Shown here one piece after another: positions 1 through 10,878 of a stretch of 64,000 bases of DNA (positions are counted from its first letter, which is position 1; each line of letters begins with the position of its first letter). This DNA is from Syntrophobacterales bacterium (GTDB lineage: Bacteria; Desulfobacterota; Desulfobaccia; Desulfobaccales; 0-14-0-80-60-11). Under the pieces are notes generated by a model. That model saw only the letters and a program-made list of their open reading frames with translations. It had not been told where the DNA came from and did no database searches. The position numbers and the translations under genes are program-made. The stretch is from positions 861 through 64,860 of the forward strand of contig JARRKO010000011.1 in NCBI GenBank assembly GCA_037388025.1, in the 5' to 3' direction.

Positions 1-2
1 GG

Positions 3-374
3 GTGGAGAGCGCCGAGGCTTATGAAACCGGACAGGAACTCACTGTGGACCAGTTCGCCATCGGGGATCTGCTCCGAGTAACCGGGACCTCCAAGGGCCG
101 GGGCTTTACCGGTACTGTGAAGCGCTGGGGTTTCCGCATCGGACCCATGAGCCACGGTTCCATGTCCCACCGCGCCCCGGGCTCCATCGGGGCCAGCGCC
201 ACTCCCTCCCGGGTCATCAAAGGCAAAAAGATGCCGGGCCGTATGGGGAATGCCCGGGTGACGGTGAAAAATCTGGAAGTCATTGACGTGCGTCCGGAAG
301 ACAATCTCCTTCTGGTAAAAGGAGCGGTGCCCGGCCCCAGGCGGGGGCTCCTGTTTATCCAGAAGGTCGGGTAA
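3..374 (+). CDS. rplC: 50S ribosomal protein L3 (5'-partial)
   Basis: [26 protein letters not shown] and KMPGRMG motifs; lies upstream of rplD. Confidence 0.97.
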   Translation: MESAEAYETGQELTVDQFAIGDLLRVTGTSKGRGFTGTVKRWGFRIGPMSHGSMSHRAPGSIGASATPSRVIKGKKMPGRMGNARVTVKNLEVIDVRPEDNLLLVKGAVPGPRRGLLFIQKVG

Positions 375-378
375 TATC

Positions 379-1002
379 ATGGCATTGGTTGACGTATACA
401 ACGTGAATAAAGAAAAGGTAGGGGAATTGGACCTGAACGAGGACATCTTTGAGGTGGAAATCAAACCCTACCTGCTCCATGAAGTGGTGGTCTGGCAGCG
501 GGCCTGCCGCCGGGGCGGCAACGCCTCCACCAAGACCCGGGGCGAAGTCGCGGGGAGCGGCCGCAAGCCCTGGCGCCAGAAAGGCACCGGCCGGTCCCGG
601 GTGGGCTCTGTGCGGACGCCCCTCTGGCGGGGAGGCGGCACGGTCTTCGGCCCCAAGCCGCGCAGCTATGCCTACAGTCTGCCGAAAAAGGTGCGGCGGG
701 CCGCGCTGAAAATGGCCTTAAGCAGCAAGCTGGCCAGCGGGCAACTGTTGGTGCTGGACGATTACCCCGATACCGGACCCAAAACCAAAGATTTTATCCA
801 GGTGATGAAAAATTTCGACCTGAAAAAGGTATTGTTTATAACGCTGGAGGGTCACAAAAACCTGGAGTTGTCGTCCCGGAATGTGCCGTATGTCCAGGTC
901 TTGCCCGCGGCGGGCCTCAATGTCTATGACATTTTGCGGTACGACCACCTGGTACTGCTTTCTCCGGCGGTGGCCGCCATCGAAGAGAGGTTGGCGTCAT
1001 GA
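379..1002 (+). CDS. rplD: 50S ribosomal protein L4
   Basis: [10 protein letters not shown] and [13 protein letters not shown] motifs; S10 operon order. Confidence 0.98.
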   Translation: MALVDVYNVNKEKVGELDLNEDIFEVEIKPYLLHEVVVWQRACRRGGNASTKTRGEVAGSGRKPWRQKGTGRSRVGSVRTPLWRGGGTVFGPKPRSYAYSLPKKVRRAALKMALSSKLASGQLLVLDDYPDTGPKTKDFIQVMKNFDLKKVLFITLEGHKNLELSSRNVPYVQVLPAAGLNVYDILRYDHLVLLSPAVAAIEERLAS

Positions 1003-1289
1003 AGCCTCCCCATCAGCTCATCAAGGGCACCGTCATCACGGAAAAGTCCCACTTGCAAAAAGCCGAAGGCAACAAGGTTACCTTCCGGGTGGACGTCAAG
1101 GCCAACAAGATCGAGATCCGCAAGGCCATTGAAGAACTCTTCAAGGTGAAGGTATTGGCCGTCAATACCATCAACATGAAGGGAAAAAAGAAACAGGTGG
1201 GCCTCACCGAAGGCACGCGCCCCAATTGGAAAAAAGCCATTGTGACCCTGGCGCCCGGGGAGAAGATTCCAGGACTCGAGGGACTTTAG
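999..1289 (+). CDS. rplW: 50S ribosomal protein L23
   Basis: ITEKS, ANKIEIRKAIE and WKKAIVTL motifs; operon order. Confidence 0.97.
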   Translation: MKPPHQLIKGTVITEKSHLQKAEGNKVTFRVDVKANKIEIRKAIEELFKVKVLAVNTINMKGKKKQVGLTEGTRPNWKKAIVTLAPGEKIPGLEGL

Positions 1290-1326
1290 GCTGTAAGCTT
1301 TGAATTTTGAATAAAGGTATTTAATT

Positions 1327-2148
1327 ATGGCTCTTATATCACGTAAACCCACCTCACCGGGGCGGCGCTTTCAGACGGTGTCGGATTTTGCCGAGATTAC
1401 CCGCAACGAGCCGGAAAAGAGCCTCTGTGAACCCCTGAAAAAGAAGGGGGGTCGGAACAACCGGGGACGGCGCACCGTGCGGCACCGGGGCGGCGGACAC
1501 AAACGTCTGTATCGCCGCATCGATTTCAAGCGGGAAAAGCTGGAGGTGCCGGCCAAGGTGGCCTCCATCGAGTACGATCCCAATCGCTCCGCCCGCATTG
1601 CTCTGTTGCATTACCGGGACGGGGAGAAGCGCTACATCCTGGCGCCCCTGGGGCTGAAGGTGGGGGATGAGGTGGTGAGCAGCGCCACCGCGGATATTAA
1701 ACCGGGGAACTCCCTGCCCCTGGCCAACATCCCGGCGGGGACCATGGTTCACAACGTTGAGCTGAAACCTCAAAAAGGGGGCCAGTTGGCGCGGTCGGCC
1801 GGCTCGGCCGTGCAGCTCATGGCCAAGGAAGGCAACCATGCAACCCTCAAGCTGCCCTCGGGGGAAGTGCGGCTGGTGCCCATGGCCTGCCGAGCCACCA
1901 TCGGCCAGCTCAGCAACGTGGAGCATGAAAACATCTCCCTGGGCAAGGCCGGACGCAAACGTTGGCTGGGCAAAAGGCCCCATACCCGTGGCGTGGCCAT
2001 GAATCCGGTGGACCACCCGTTGGGAGGGGGCGAAGGCAAAAGCTCGGGGGGTCGCCACCCCTGCTCCCCTTGGGGTGTGCCCACCAAGGGCTATAAGACC
2101 CGCAAGCCCAAAGAAAGCGACCGCTATATCATCAAGCGGCGGAAATAG
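1327..2148 (+). CDS. rplB: 50S ribosomal protein L2
   Basis: [13 protein letters not shown] and [17 protein letters not shown] motifs. Confidence 0.99.
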   Translation: MALISRKPTSPGRRFQTVSDFAEITRNEPEKSLCEPLKKKGGRNNRGRRTVRHRGGGHKRLYRRIDFKREKLEVPAKVASIEYDPNRSARIALLHYRDGEKRYILAPLGLKVGDEVVSSATADIKPGNSLPLANIPAGTMVHNVELKPQKGGQLARSAGSAVQLMAKEGNHATLKLPSGEVRLVPMACRATIGQLSNVEHENISLGKAGRKRWLGKRPHTRGVAMNPVDHPLGGGEGKSSGGRHPCSPWGVPTKGYKTRKPKESDRYIIKRRK

Positions 2149-2157
2149 AGGTAAGTC

Positions 2158-2439
2158 GTGCCCCGTTCACTGAAAAAAGGACCGTTTGTCGACGGCAGTT
2201 TATTGGTCAAGGTGCATAAGGCCCGGGAGACTCAGGACCGCCGGGTCATCAAGACCTGGTCCCGGCGCTCCACCATCACTCCGGAGTTCATCGGGTTGAC
2301 TCTGGCGGTGCACAACGGCAAAAAGTTCATTCCCGTGTATGTCACCGAAAATATGGTGGGACATAAGCTGGGGGAATTTTCTCCCACCCGCCATTTCGGG
2401 GGCCACGCCGGCGACCGTAAGAGCAGAGTGAGAAAGTAG
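2158..2439 (+). CDS. rpsS: 30S ribosomal protein S19
   Basis: [19 protein letters not shown] and MVGHKLGEF motifs; GTG start. Confidence 0.98.
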   Translation: MPRSLKKGPFVDGSLLVKVHKARETQDRRVIKTWSRRSTITPEFIGLTLAVHNGKKFIPVYVTENMVGHKLGEFSPTRHFGGHAGDRKSRVRK

Positions 2440-2441
2440 TC

Positions 2442-2804
2442 ATGGAAATTAGGGCCAGAGCGAAATACTTGCGCATCTCCCCCACCAAGCTGAGGCTGGT
2501 GGCCCGACCGCTGCGCGGCAAGAAGGTGGAGGAGGCCTTGCAGCTGCTGCAATTCACCCCCAAAAGGGGGGCTCGCCTGATGCGTAAGGTGGTGGAGCAG
2601 GCGGTGGCCAATGCCGAACAGCGGCCCCAGGTGGACGTGGACACCTTGTTTGTCAAGAACATCTCGGTGGACGGCGGCCCCGCCCTCAAACGGTTCATGA
2701 CTCGGGCCATGGGGCGGGCGAGCCGGATTTTAAAAAGAATGAGCCACATCACAGTGGTTCTGGCCGAAGGTCCGGCCAAGAAACCGGCGAAGTCCAAGCG
2801 CTAA
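2442..2804 (+). CDS. rplV: 50S ribosomal protein L22
   Basis: RISPTKLRLV, AVANAE and RAMGRA..ILKRMSHITV motifs. Confidence 0.97.
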   Translation: MEIRARAKYLRISPTKLRLVARPLRGKKVEEALQLLQFTPKRGARLMRKVVEQAVANAEQRPQVDVDTLFVKNISVDGGPALKRFMTRAMGRASRILKRMSHITVVLAEGPAKKPAKSKR

Positions 2805-2813
2805 GGAGGAAGC

Positions 2814-3464
2814 GTGGGTCAAAAAGTACATCCCATTGGATTCCGGGTAGGGGTCTATCGACCCTGGGATTCCATCTGGTTCGCGAAAAAAGACTATGCG
2901 GATTTGGTCCTGGAGGACCGGAAAATCCGGGATTTTATCAAAAAGGACCCGGAACTCAAGGGCGCCGGCATCGCCGGAGTGGACATCAAGCGAGCGGCCC
3001 AGAAGTTGACCATCAAGATCCACACTTCCCGGCCGGGCATGGTTATCGGTCAGAAAGGTAAAAAAATCGAGGACCTGCGGCGCCGGCTGGAGAAAATGCT
3101 GGGCCGCGACCTGATCATCGATGTGCATGAAGTGCGTAAACCCGAAGTGAACGCCCAATTGGTGGCGGAGAACATCGCCATGCAGTTGGAACGCCGGGTG
3201 TCTTTCCGGCGGGCCATGAAAAAGGGAGTGGGCCAGGCCCTCAAGTTCGGGGCCAAAGGCATTAAAGTCCGGGTCAAAGGCCGGTTGGCCGGCGCGGAAA
3301 TCGCCCGGCAGGAGTGGTACCGGGAAGGCCGGGTGCCGCTTCATACTTTGAGGGCTTACATCGACTACGGCTTTGCCGAGGCCATGACTACGTACGGGGT
3401 CATCGGGGTCAAGACCTGGATCTTCCACGGTGAGATGCTGGGCCCCGAAGAAACCGGATTTTAG
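2814..3464 (+). CDS. rpsC: 30S ribosomal protein S3
   Basis: [11 protein letters not shown] and [15 protein letters not shown] motifs. Confidence 0.98.
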   Translation: MGQKVHPIGFRVGVYRPWDSIWFAKKDYADLVLEDRKIRDFIKKDPELKGAGIAGVDIKRAAQKLTIKIHTSRPGMVIGQKGKKIEDLRRRLEKMLGRDLIIDVHEVRKPEVNAQLVAENIAMQLERRVSFRRAMKKGVGQALKFGAKGIKVRVKGRLAGAEIARQEWYREGRVPLHTLRAYIDYGFAEAMTTYGVIGVKTWIFHGEMLGPEETGF

Positions 3465-3535
3465 AGTTTCGAGTTTTGAGAGGTTCATTGGAACAAGGGC
3501 TCGGACTGTGAGGTCGAGCCAGAGGAAATACAAAA

Positions 3536-3970
3536 ATGCTGAGTCCCAAACGGGTTAGACATCGCAAAGTGCAAAAAGGCCGGATGAAAGGCAAGGCCAT
3601 GCGGGGGAATTACCTGGCCTTCGGCGACTACGGCCTGCAAGCTTTAGAAGCTTCCTGGATCACCAACCAGCAGATCGAATCGGCCCGGATCGCCATCACC
3701 CGCCACGTGAAAAGGGGCGGCAAGATCTGGATCCGGATTTTTCCGGACAAGCCCTATACCAAAAAGCCGGCGGAAACCCGCATGGGTAAAGGCAAGGGTA
3801 GCCCCGAGGGCTGGGTGGCGGTGGTCAAACCCGGTCGCATTCTGTATGAGCTTTCCGGGGTGGCGCCGGAGGTGGCCAAAGAGGCCCTGCGCTTGGCCTC
3901 CATGAAGCTTCCCATTGCTACCAAGATCCTGGTTCGGGAGACCACCGGGGGAGCGGCGGAAGCATTATGA
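3536..3970 (+). CDS. rplP: 50S ribosomal protein L16
   Basis: [10 protein letters not shown] and ETRMGKGKG motifs. Confidence 0.98.
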   Translation: MLSPKRVRHRKVQKGRMKGKAMRGNYLAFGDYGLQALEASWITNQQIESARIAITRHVKRGGKIWIRIFPDKPYTKKPAETRMGKGKGSPEGWVAVVKPGRILYELSGVAPEVAKEALRLASMKLPIATKILVRETTGGAAEAL

Positions 3971-4164
3971 AAGCGGCGGACTTACGGGATTTGACTACGG
4001 AAGAGTTGGCGGCCAAGCTGAAGGAGATGAATGACGAGCTCTTCAAGCTGCGGTTTCAGCTCAGCACCAACCAACTGGACAACACGGGCCGGCTGCGCTG
4101 GGCCAGACGGGATCTGGCCCGGTTGAAGACGGTCCTTAAGGAAAAGACCGGGGAAAATTGGTAG
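3967..4164 (+). CDS. rpmC: 50S ribosomal protein L29
   Basis: [15 protein letters not shown] and RRDLARLKT motifs; operon order. Confidence 0.96.
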   Translation: MKAADLRDLTTEELAAKLKEMNDELFKLRFQLSTNQLDNTGRLRWARRDLARLKTVLKEKTGENW

Positions 4165-4175
4165 GGAAATAAATC

Positions 4176-4436
4176 ATGGAAAAAAGACGCGGCGTGCGCA
4201 AAACCCGAGAAGGCATCGTGGTGAGCGATAAGATGGACAAGACGGTGGTGGTGGAAGTGAAGCGCCTGGTGTCTCATCCTCTCTACCACAAGATCATCCG
4301 GCGGCGGAATAAGTTTAAGGCCCACGATCCGGAAAACCTCTGCCAGATAGGGGATAAGGTGCTCATCGAGGAGACCCGGCCCCTGAGCCGTGACAAGCGC
4401 TGGCGGGTGAAGCAGATTGTAGAAAAAGCCCAATAA
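4176..4436 (+). CDS. rpsQ: 30S ribosomal protein S17
   Basis: [14 protein letters not shown] and [11 protein letters not shown] motifs. Confidence 0.98.
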   Translation: MEKRRGVRKTREGIVVSDKMDKTVVVEVKRLVSHPLYHKIIRRRNKFKAHDPENLCQIGDKVLIEETRPLSRDKRWRVKQIVEKAQ

Positions 4437-4523
4437 GACCGAACGCCGGCCGAGGCGCTTTGAGTGTCCGGCCGTGAGGATATTACACGGTACAGTAGCT
4501 GTTGCTGACACAGGATATTTACC

Positions 4524-4892
4524 ATGATACAGGTTCATACCAACTTAACCGTGGCCGACAATTCCGGGGCCAAACGCCTGTTTTGCATTCGGGTCCTGGG
4601 GGGCACGAGACGGCGCTACGCCCGGGTGGGGGACATCATTGTGGTGACCGTGAAGGAGGCCTTGCCCCACTCCAAGGTGAAGAAGGGCGACGTCATGCGG
4701 GCGGTGGTGGTGCGCACCGTCAAGGAAACCCGGCGCGCCGACGGCTCTTATATTAAGTTCGACGACAACTCCGCGGTGCTCATCAATCCCCAAGGGGACC
4801 CCATCGGCACCCGGATTTTCGGCCCGGTGGCCCGGGAGCTGCGCGCCAAGCGGTTCATGAAGATCATCTCCCTGGCCCCAGAGGTGCTGTAA
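4524..4892 (+). CDS. rplN: 50S ribosomal protein L14
   Basis: [20 protein letters not shown] and [10 protein letters not shown] motifs. Confidence 0.99.
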   Translation: MIQVHTNLTVADNSGAKRLFCIRVLGGTRRRYARVGDIIVVTVKEALPHSKVKKGDVMRAVVVRTVKETRRADGSYIKFDDNSAVLINPQGDPIGTRIFGPVARELRAKRFMKIISLAPEVL

Positions 4893-4893
4893 T

Positions 4894-5247
4894 ATGCGGA
4901 AAGCTAAGAAAAGACCGGTGAAACCGGTGCCCATTCGCCTGAAACAAAACGACCTGGTGGAGGTCCTTTCCGGCCGGGAGGCTGGGAAGACCGGGAAAAT
5001 TCTCAAGGTCATCCGGGATAAGAACCAAGTGGTGGTGGAAAAGGTAAATATGATCAAGCGGCACGCCCGACCCAGTCCGACCACCGGCCAAGGGGGCATC
5101 ATCGAGCGGGAGGGGCCGCTTCATGTTTCCAAGGTGATGCTCGTCTGTCCCAAATGCGCCACCGCCGGGCGGTTTAGCATTGCTACTTCAGGGGACAAGA
5201 GCAAGTCCCGGGTTTGTCGCCATTGCAAGGAACTCATCGATGGCTAA
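4894..5247 (+). CDS. rplX: 50S ribosomal protein L24
   Basis: KOW-like [14 protein letters not shown] and [17 protein letters not shown] motifs; CxxC..CxxC tail. Confidence 0.96.
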   Translation: MRKAKKRPVKPVPIRLKQNDLVEVLSGREAGKTGKILKVIRDKNQVVVEKVNMIKRHARPSPTTGQGGIIEREGPLHVSKVMLVCPKCATAGRFSIATSGDKSKSRVCRHCKELIDG

Positions 5248-5812
5248 AAAAGTACCCTCGGCTGAAAAAGTACCCGCACGGCTCTATGACTTTTACCGGC
5301 AGGAGTGCGTGCCCCGTATGATGCAGGAATTTCGCTATAAAAGCCCCATGCAGGTACCCAAGCTGGAAAAGATTGTGGTTAACATGGGGTTGGGAGAGGC
5401 CATCCAGAACATCAAGCTGTTGGAGTCGGCCAGCGGGGAGTTGGCGGCCATCACCGGCCAGAAACCTGTGGTCACCCGGGCCAAGCGCTCCATCGCCGCG
5501 TTTAAGCTGCGGGAGGGGATGCCCATCGGCTGCATGGTGACGCTGCGCACCAGCCGGATGTACGACTTCTTCGACAAGCTGGTGAACGTGGTCCTCCCCC
5601 GGGTGCGGGATTTCCGGGGACTGAGCGACAAGTCTTTCGACGGCCGGGGAAATTACACTTTGGGGATCCGGGAGCAGATCATTTTTCCCGAAATTAACTA
5701 CGACAAGATCGACAAAGTCAAAGGCATGAACATTACCATCGTCACCACGGCGCCCACGGACGAGGAGAGCAAGCATTTGCTGACCCTCCTGGGCATGCCT
5801 TTCAAAAGATAA
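5240..5812 (+). CDS. rplE: 50S ribosomal protein L5
   Basis: [22 protein letters not shown] and [10 protein letters not shown] motifs; ATG at 5240 overlapping the rplX end is chosen over the ORF-track start. Confidence 0.97.
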   Translation: MAKKVPSAEKVPARLYDFYRQECVPRMMQEFRYKSPMQVPKLEKIVVNMGLGEAIQNIKLLESASGELAAITGQKPVVTRAKRSIAAFKLREGMPIGCMVTLRTSRMYDFFDKLVNVVLPRVRDFRGLSDKSFDGRGNYTLGIREQIIFPEINYDKIDKVKGMNITIVTTAPTDEESKHLLTLLGMPFKR

Positions 5813-5826
5813 GAGCGGAGAACGGG

Positions 5827-6012
5827 ATGGCCAAGAAATCGCAGATCGCCAAAGCCAAGCGCACCCCCAAGTTTCCGGTGCGGGAATACAACCGCTGCCC
5901 CCTGTGCGGCCGGCCCCGGGCTTTTTTACGGAAGTTCGGTATCTGCCGCATCTGTTTTCGAAACATGGCCTTAAGGGGGGAAATCCCCGGGGTGATTAAA
6001 TCCAGCTGGTAG
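5827..6012 (+). CDS. rpsN: 30S ribosomal protein S14, zinc-binding type Z
   Basis: 61 aa with RCPLCGRPR and CRICFR (four Cys). Confidence 0.97.
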   Translation: MAKKSQIAKAKRTPKFPVREYNRCPLCGRPRAFLRKFGICRICFRNMALRGEIPGVIKSSW

Positions 6013-6027
6013 GCGAGGAGAACAACC

Positions 6028-6426
6028 ATGAGCATGACGGACACCATCGGGGATATGTTGACCCGTATCCGCAACGCCGGCAAAGCCAGGTTCGACAAGG
6101 TGGACATCCCCGCGTCCCGCATGAAAATTTCGCTGGCCCGCATCTTCAAGGATGAGGGCTTTATCAAGAACTACAAGGTCATCAAAGACAATAAACAGGG
6201 GATCCTCAGGGTCTATCTCAAATATGACGACCAGAATCAGCCGATGATCCACCGCATTGAACGGGTAAGCAAACCGAGCCGGCGGGTGTATGCCGGCTGC
6301 GAGGAGCTGCCCAAGGTGCAGGGCGGCCTGGGAGTGGCGGTGATTTCCACCTCCCAGGGGGTCATGAGCGACCGCCAAGCCCGGAAACTCGGGGTGGGCG
6401 GCGAGGTGCTGTGTCAGGTCTGGTAG
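6028..6426 (+). CDS. rpsH: 30S ribosomal protein S8
   Basis: DMLTRIRNA, RVSKPSRRVY and GGEVLCQVW motifs. Confidence 0.98.
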   Translation: MSMTDTIGDMLTRIRNAGKARFDKVDIPASRMKISLARIFKDEGFIKNYKVIKDNKQGILRVYLKYDDQNQPMIHRIERVSKPSRRVYAGCEELPKVQGGLGVAVISTSQGVMSDRQARKLGVGGEVLCQVW

Positions 6427-6435
6427 AGGTGTGGT

Positions 6436-6978
6436 ATGAGTCGCATCGGCAAGATGCCCATTCCGGTGCCCAAAGGGGTAAAAATCAAGCTGGATGACCG
6501 GCTTCTCACGGTCACCGGCAGCCAGGGGACTCTGTCCCGGCAATTGCCCCCCCGGGTGCACCTGGAAATAGATGACAAGGAAATTCGGGTGGTCCCCCAG
6601 GATGACCACCGTTTGAGCCGGTCCTTCTGGGGCCTGGCCCGGACTCTGGTGGCCAACATGGTCACCGGCGTGAGCCAGGGTTTTACCCGGGGCTTGGAAA
6701 TCATCGGCACGGGTTACAAGGTGGAGGTTAAAGGCGAAAGCCTGGTGTTTAACCTGGGTTATTCCAACCCGGTGGAGTTTGCCCTGCCCAAGGGGATCAA
6801 AGCCGAGCTCTTGGATAAAGGCACCCGCTTCGAACTGAAGGGCATCGACAAAGAAAGGTTGGGGCAAACCGCGGCTAACATTCGGGCCATCCGGCCTCCG
6901 GACGTCTATAAGAACAAAGGGGTGCGCTACGTCGGTGAGAAGCTGCGCCGCAAGGTGGGTAAGGCGGGCGCCCGGTAA
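6436..6978 (+). CDS. rplF: 50S ribosomal protein L6
   Basis: MSRIGKMPI and [13 protein letters not shown] motifs. Confidence 0.98.
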   Translation: MSRIGKMPIPVPKGVKIKLDDRLLTVTGSQGTLSRQLPPRVHLEIDDKEIRVVPQDDHRLSRSFWGLARTLVANMVTGVSQGFTRGLEIIGTGYKVEVKGESLVFNLGYSNPVEFALPKGIKAELLDKGTRFELKGIDKERLGQTAANIRAIRPPDVYKNKGVRYVGEKLRRKVGKAGAR

Positions 6979-6992
6979 GAGGGTGGCAAACT

Positions 6993-7361
6993 ATGGGTAA
7001 GATCAATCCTCGCAAGGGAATGCGGCTCAAACGCAAAAGCCGCATCCGCAAGAAAATCAGCGGCAGCGAAGCGCGGCCCCGCCTCTCGGTGTTTCGCAGC
7101 GCCAAGCACATATACGCGCAGATCATCGATGATCTGCAAGGGGTGACCCTGGTGGCGGCCGGGACGCTTTCCCCCGAGATCAAAGACAAATTGAGCGGTC
7201 TAAAAAAGCAGGAAGCCGCTAAGGAAGTGGGGAAGCTTTTGGCCGACAAAGCCAAAAGTAAAGGCATCGAGCGGGTGATTTTTGACCGCAACGGTTTTCT
7301 CTATCACGGTCGGGTAAAGAGCCTGGCGGAAAGCTGCCGGGAGCATGGATTGGTTTTTTAG
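6993..7361 (+). CDS. rplR: 50S ribosomal protein L18
   Basis: [20 protein letters not shown] and [13 protein letters not shown] motifs. Confidence 0.98.
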   Translation: MGKINPRKGMRLKRKSRIRKKISGSEARPRLSVFRSAKHIYAQIIDDLQGVTLVAAGTLSPEIKDKLSGLKKQEAAKEVGKLLADKAKSKGIERVIFDRNGFLYHGRVKSLAESCREHGLVF

Positions 7362-7398
7362 CTGTGAGCTATGAGCTGTGGGCTGTGAGCTGTGAGCT
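7361..7398. repeat. Heptamer tandem array, about 5 units of GCTGTGA
   Basis: GCTGTGA GCTATGA GCTGTGG GCTGTGA GCTGTGA GCT directly after the rplR stop. Confidence 0.9.
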
Positions 7399-7529
7399 AA
7401 AAGACCGGTTAGTGCGAGGAAGACTTAAGATTGACCCCCAAGCAGAGCTGGGGAACGAGGAAATTAAAAAGTTACTGACGTAGTTATCCTTAGCATTTAC
7501 AAAGCTCAAAGCTCAACTAGGAGGCAAGC

Positions 7530-8030
7530 TTGTTCGAAACCGAGGCGCCGGAGATTCAGTTAGTAGACAAGGTGGTGAGCATTAACCGCGTAGCCAAAGT
7601 GGTAAAAGGCGGACGTCGTTTTCGCTTCAGCGCCATTGTGGTGGTGGGAGACGGCCAGGGCCGGGTGGGAGCTGGCCTGGGCAAGGCCCAAGAAGTACCG
7701 GAAGCCATACGCAAGGCCCTGGAAAAAGCGAAAAAGGAAATGATCCAGGTGCCTATTCTCAATAATACCATTCCCTATGCGGTGGTGGGCCGGTACGGCT
7801 CCGGCAAAGTGCTCCTGCGCCCGGCGGCGGAGGGCACCGGGGTTATCGCCGGGGGGCCGGTGCGAGCCGTGGTGGAGGTGTCCGGCATTAAAAACGTTCT
7901 CACCAAATGCCTGGGCTCCCACAATCCCCACAACGCGGTGAAAGCCACCATGGATGCTTTGAGCCAGCTGGCCAGCCCCGAAGAGGTGGCCCAGCGCCGC
8001 AATCGACCCTTGGCGGAGCTGATGGCTTAG
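7530..8030 (+). CDS. rpsE: 30S ribosomal protein S5
   Basis: [16 protein letters not shown] and [11 protein letters not shown] motifs; TTG start after AGGAGG. Confidence 0.98.
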   Translation: MFETEAPEIQLVDKVVSINRVAKVVKGGRRFRFSAIVVVGDGQGRVGAGLGKAQEVPEAIRKALEKAKKEMIQVPILNNTIPYAVVGRYGSGKVLLRPAAEGTGVIAGGPVRAVVEVSGIKNVLTKCLGSHNPHNAVKATMDALSQLASPEEVAQRRNRPLAELMA

Positions 8031-8091
8031 GGGAGCAGTGAGAGATTGGTGGGCCGGGCCCACCCGACAAGTAGAGGGCAAGGTATCTGTG

Positions 8092-8280
8092 ATGATGTTG
8101 GAAATTACCCTGATCAAAAGCCCCATTGGCAGGCCGCCGAAGCACCGGGTCACGGTCAAGACCCTGGGGTTGACCAAGATGCACAAGACGGTACGCCTGG
8201 AAGAGACGCCGGCGGTGGCCGGTATGATTAATCAGGTGAAGCACTTAGTCAAGGTGCGGCGGCTGTCCGAGGGAGAATAA
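8092..8280 (+). CDS. rpmD: 50S ribosomal protein L30
   Basis: [15 protein letters not shown] and [10 protein letters not shown] motifs; ATG at 8092 chosen. Confidence 0.95.
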   Translation: MMLEITLIKSPIGRPPKHRVTVKTLGLTKMHKTVRLEETPAVAGMINQVKHLVKVRRLSEGE

Positions 8281-8283
8281 GTT

Positions 8284-8724
8284 ATGCGGCTAGATGAGTT
8301 AGCACCCCCGCCGGGCTCCAAGCACAAGGTGAAAAGGGTAGGGCGGGGTCCGGGCTCCAATTGGGGCAAGACCTGCGGTCGGGGCCACAAAGGCCAAAAA
8401 TCCCGTTCCGGCGGGAACGTGAAGCCCGGCTTCGAGGGCGGTCAGATGCCCCTGACCCGACGCATTCCCAAACGGGGGTTCAACAACCCCTTCAAGAAGT
8501 CCTATACCATTGTCAATCTGCGGGACCTGGTGGATTTTGCCGCCGACAGCGTGGTGGACGAAGAGGCCCTGCGACGGGCCGGTCTGGTAAAAGGGCAGTC
8601 GGGGGCCATCAAGCTTTTGGGCCAGGGGGAGGTCACCGTACCCCTGACGGTCAGGGTCCAGGCGGTGAGCGCTCAGGCCAAGGCCAGGATCGAAGCCGCC
8701 GGCGGCCGGGTGGAGGTAGTGTAA
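8284..8724 (+). CDS. rplO: 50S ribosomal protein L15
   Basis: [12 protein letters not shown] and [16 protein letters not shown] motifs. Confidence 0.98.
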   Translation: MRLDELAPPPGSKHKVKRVGRGPGSNWGKTCGRGHKGQKSRSGGNVKPGFEGGQMPLTRRIPKRGFNNPFKKSYTIVNLRDLVDFAADSVVDEEALRRAGLVKGQSGAIKLLGQGEVTVPLTVRVQAVSAQAKARIEAAGGRVEVV

Positions 8725-8725
8725 G

Positions 8726-10027
8726 TTGGCTGGCTTAGCCAACATAGCCAAGATTCCGGAGCTGAAGCGGCGTATCATCTATACGCTCTTCATGCTGGCC
8801 ATCTACCGGGTCGGCTGTTTCATCCCCACGCCGGGGGTGGACACCGAGGCGCTGATGGCCTTTTTTGGCCGGCAGCAGGGGACCATCTTCGGGCTGTTCG
8901 ACATGTTCTCCGGCGGGGCCCTGCAGCGCCTGAGCGTCTTCGCCCTGGGGATCATGCCTTACATCAGCGCCGCCATTATCATGGAACTCCTCAAGGTGGT
9001 GATCCCCTACATAGACCGCCTCTATAAAGAAGGCGAAGCCGGCAGTAAGAAGATCAAGCAATACACCCGCTATGGTACTTTGATTATCGCCGCCATCCAG
9101 GGATTCGGGATCAGCTTTGCCCTGGAAGGTATGGGGGGCGCCCACGGCTCCGTGGTTATGAACCCGGGCTGGGGCTTCCGGCTCATGACCGTCCTCACCC
9201 TGACTTCGGGCACGGCCTTCATCATGTGGTTGGGGGAGATGATCACCGAGCGGGGCATCGGTAACGGCATTTCGCTGATCATCTTTGCCGGCATCGTGGC
9301 CCGGATGCCCTCCGCCATCATCAGCACCTCCCAGCTCATCAAGACGGGTGAGTTGCCGCTCATCCTCATGGTTCTCATCATCGTCATGATGATCGCAGTG
9401 GTGGGAATCATCGTATTCGTGGAGCGGGGCCAGCGGCGCCTGCCGGTCCAATATGCCCGCCGGGTGGTGGGCCGGCGCATGTTCGGGGGCCAAACCACCC
9501 ACCTGCCCCTCAAGGTCAACGTCTCCGGGGTGATTCCGCCCATTTTCGCTTCATCTTTGCTGATGTTTCCGGCCACGGTGGGCAGCTTCGTTAAAAACGA
9601 AAAGATGAAATTCATCTTTGATCTCATTGCCCCGGGCTTCTGGCTCCATGAAGTCCTGTATGTCGCCCTCATTATCTTCTTCTGTTATTTTTACACGGCG
9701 GTGACCTTCAATCCGGTGGACGTGGCGGACAATCTAAAGAAGTGGGGCGGGTATATTCCGGGTCTGAGGCCCGGCAAACCCACGTCCGATTATATCGACC
9801 GCATCCTGACCCGCATCACTTTGGGCGGGGCCCTTTATGTGTCTGCGGTGTGTGTGCTCCCCACCATCCTGATTAGCCGCTTCAACGTGCCCTTCTACTT
9901 CGGAGGCACGGCCCTGCTCATCGTGGTGGGCGTGGCCATGGACACCATGTCCCAGATCGAATCGCACATGCTCACCCGCCATTACGAAGGCTTTATGAAG
10001 AAACGACTGGGTAAGGTGAGAAGATAA
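8726..10027 (+). CDS. secY: Preprotein translocase subunit SecY
   Basis: FALGIMPYISA, GIGNGISLIIF and IPGLRPG motifs; about 10 hydrophobic segments. Confidence 0.99.
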   Translation: MAGLANIAKIPELKRRIIYTLFMLAIYRVGCFIPTPGVDTEALMAFFGRQQGTIFGLFDMFSGGALQRLSVFALGIMPYISAAIIMELLKVVIPYIDRLYKEGEAGSKKIKQYTRYGTLIIAAIQGFGISFALEGMGGAHGSVVMNPGWGFRLMTVLTLTSGTAFIMWLGEMITERGIGNGISLIIFAGIVARMPSAIISTSQLIKTGELPLILMVLIIVMMIAVVGIIVFVERGQRRLPVQYARRVVGRRMFGGQTTHLPLKVNVSGVIPPIFASSLLMFPATVGSFVKNEKMKFIFDLIAPGFWLHEVLYVALIIFFCYFYTAVTFNPVDVADNLKKWGGYIPGLRPGKPTSDYIDRILTRITLGGALYVSAVCVLPTILISRFNVPFYFGGTALLIVVGVAMDTMSQIESHMLTRHYEGFMKKRLGKVRR

Positions 10028-10097
10028 AGAGGAATAGTTTTAAATAATAGAATTGAGGTCTTGTCCGGTAATCTCACAGCTAACGGCCATTCAGTGG

Positions 10098-10128
10098 GCT
10101 GACTGCTGAGAGCTAACTGCTGACTGCT
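10098..10128. repeat. Heptamer tandem array, about 4 units of GCTGACT
   Basis: GCTGACT GCTGAGA GCTAACT GCTGACT GCT in the secY-adk spacer. Confidence 0.8.
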
Positions 10129-10147
10129 ATTACAAAGGAGGCTCGTT

Positions 10148-10804
10148 ATGAATCTTATCCTGTTGGGCGGACCGGGTGCCGGGAAAGGCACCCAGGCGAA
10201 GAAGCTCATCAAGAAATATCAGATTCCCCAGATTTCCACCGGCGATATCCTGCGCGCCGCGGTGAAAGAGGGGACCGAGATGGGCAAGAAAGCCAAAGAA
10301 TACATGGATGCCGGCAAGCTGGTGCCCGACGAAGTGGTCATCGGCATCATCAAGGATCGCCTGAAGGAGCCTGATTGCCAGAAAGGCTTCATCTTGGACG
10401 GCTTTCCCCGCACCGTGCCCCAGGCTGAGGCCCTGGAGAAGGTGCTGAGCGGTATGGGCAAAAAAGTCGACCACGTGGTTTCCATTGATGTAGACGAAGA
10501 AGAACTGGTGACCCGTCTCACCGGACGGCGCACCTGCAAGAACGCGGCCTGCGGCCAAATGTATCACATCAAGTTCAACCCGCCGAAGAAGGACTTGATC
10601 TGTGACAAGTGCGGCGGCGAGCTGTACCAGCGGGATGATGATAACGAAACCACGGTACGTTCCCGGCTGGCCACTTACAACCAGGCCACCAAGCCGTTGA
10701 TCGACCACTATAAGGCCAAGGGGCTGATACGGCCCATTCCCGGTGTGGGCGGCATTGATGACATTTTCACCAATATCTGCGGCATTCTGGGGCAGGCCGC
10801 CTGA
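10148..10804 (+). CDS. adk: Adenylate kinase
   Basis: GGPGAGKGTQA P-loop, ILDGFPRT motif, Cys-containing lid. Confidence 0.98.
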   Translation: MNLILLGGPGAGKGTQAKKLIKKYQIPQISTGDILRAAVKEGTEMGKKAKEYMDAGKLVPDEVVIGIIKDRLKEPDCQKGFILDGFPRTVPQAEALEKVLSGMGKKVDHVVSIDVDEEELVTRLTGRRTCKNAACGQMYHIKFNPPKKDLICDKCGGELYQRDDDNETTVRSRLATYNQATKPLIDHYKAKGLIRPIPGVGGIDDIFTNICGILGQAA

Positions 10805-10878
10805 TCTGAGGAGATAGGTTCGCAGCCAACCGTCGTCGAGGTGTGCAACTCCAAGAGAACGGTTGGTGAACCTGTGAC

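Noticed and set aside
7361..7398. Tandem repeats as a CRISPR array
   Set aside because: Units are 7 nt with no spacers, and there are no cas genes in the window.
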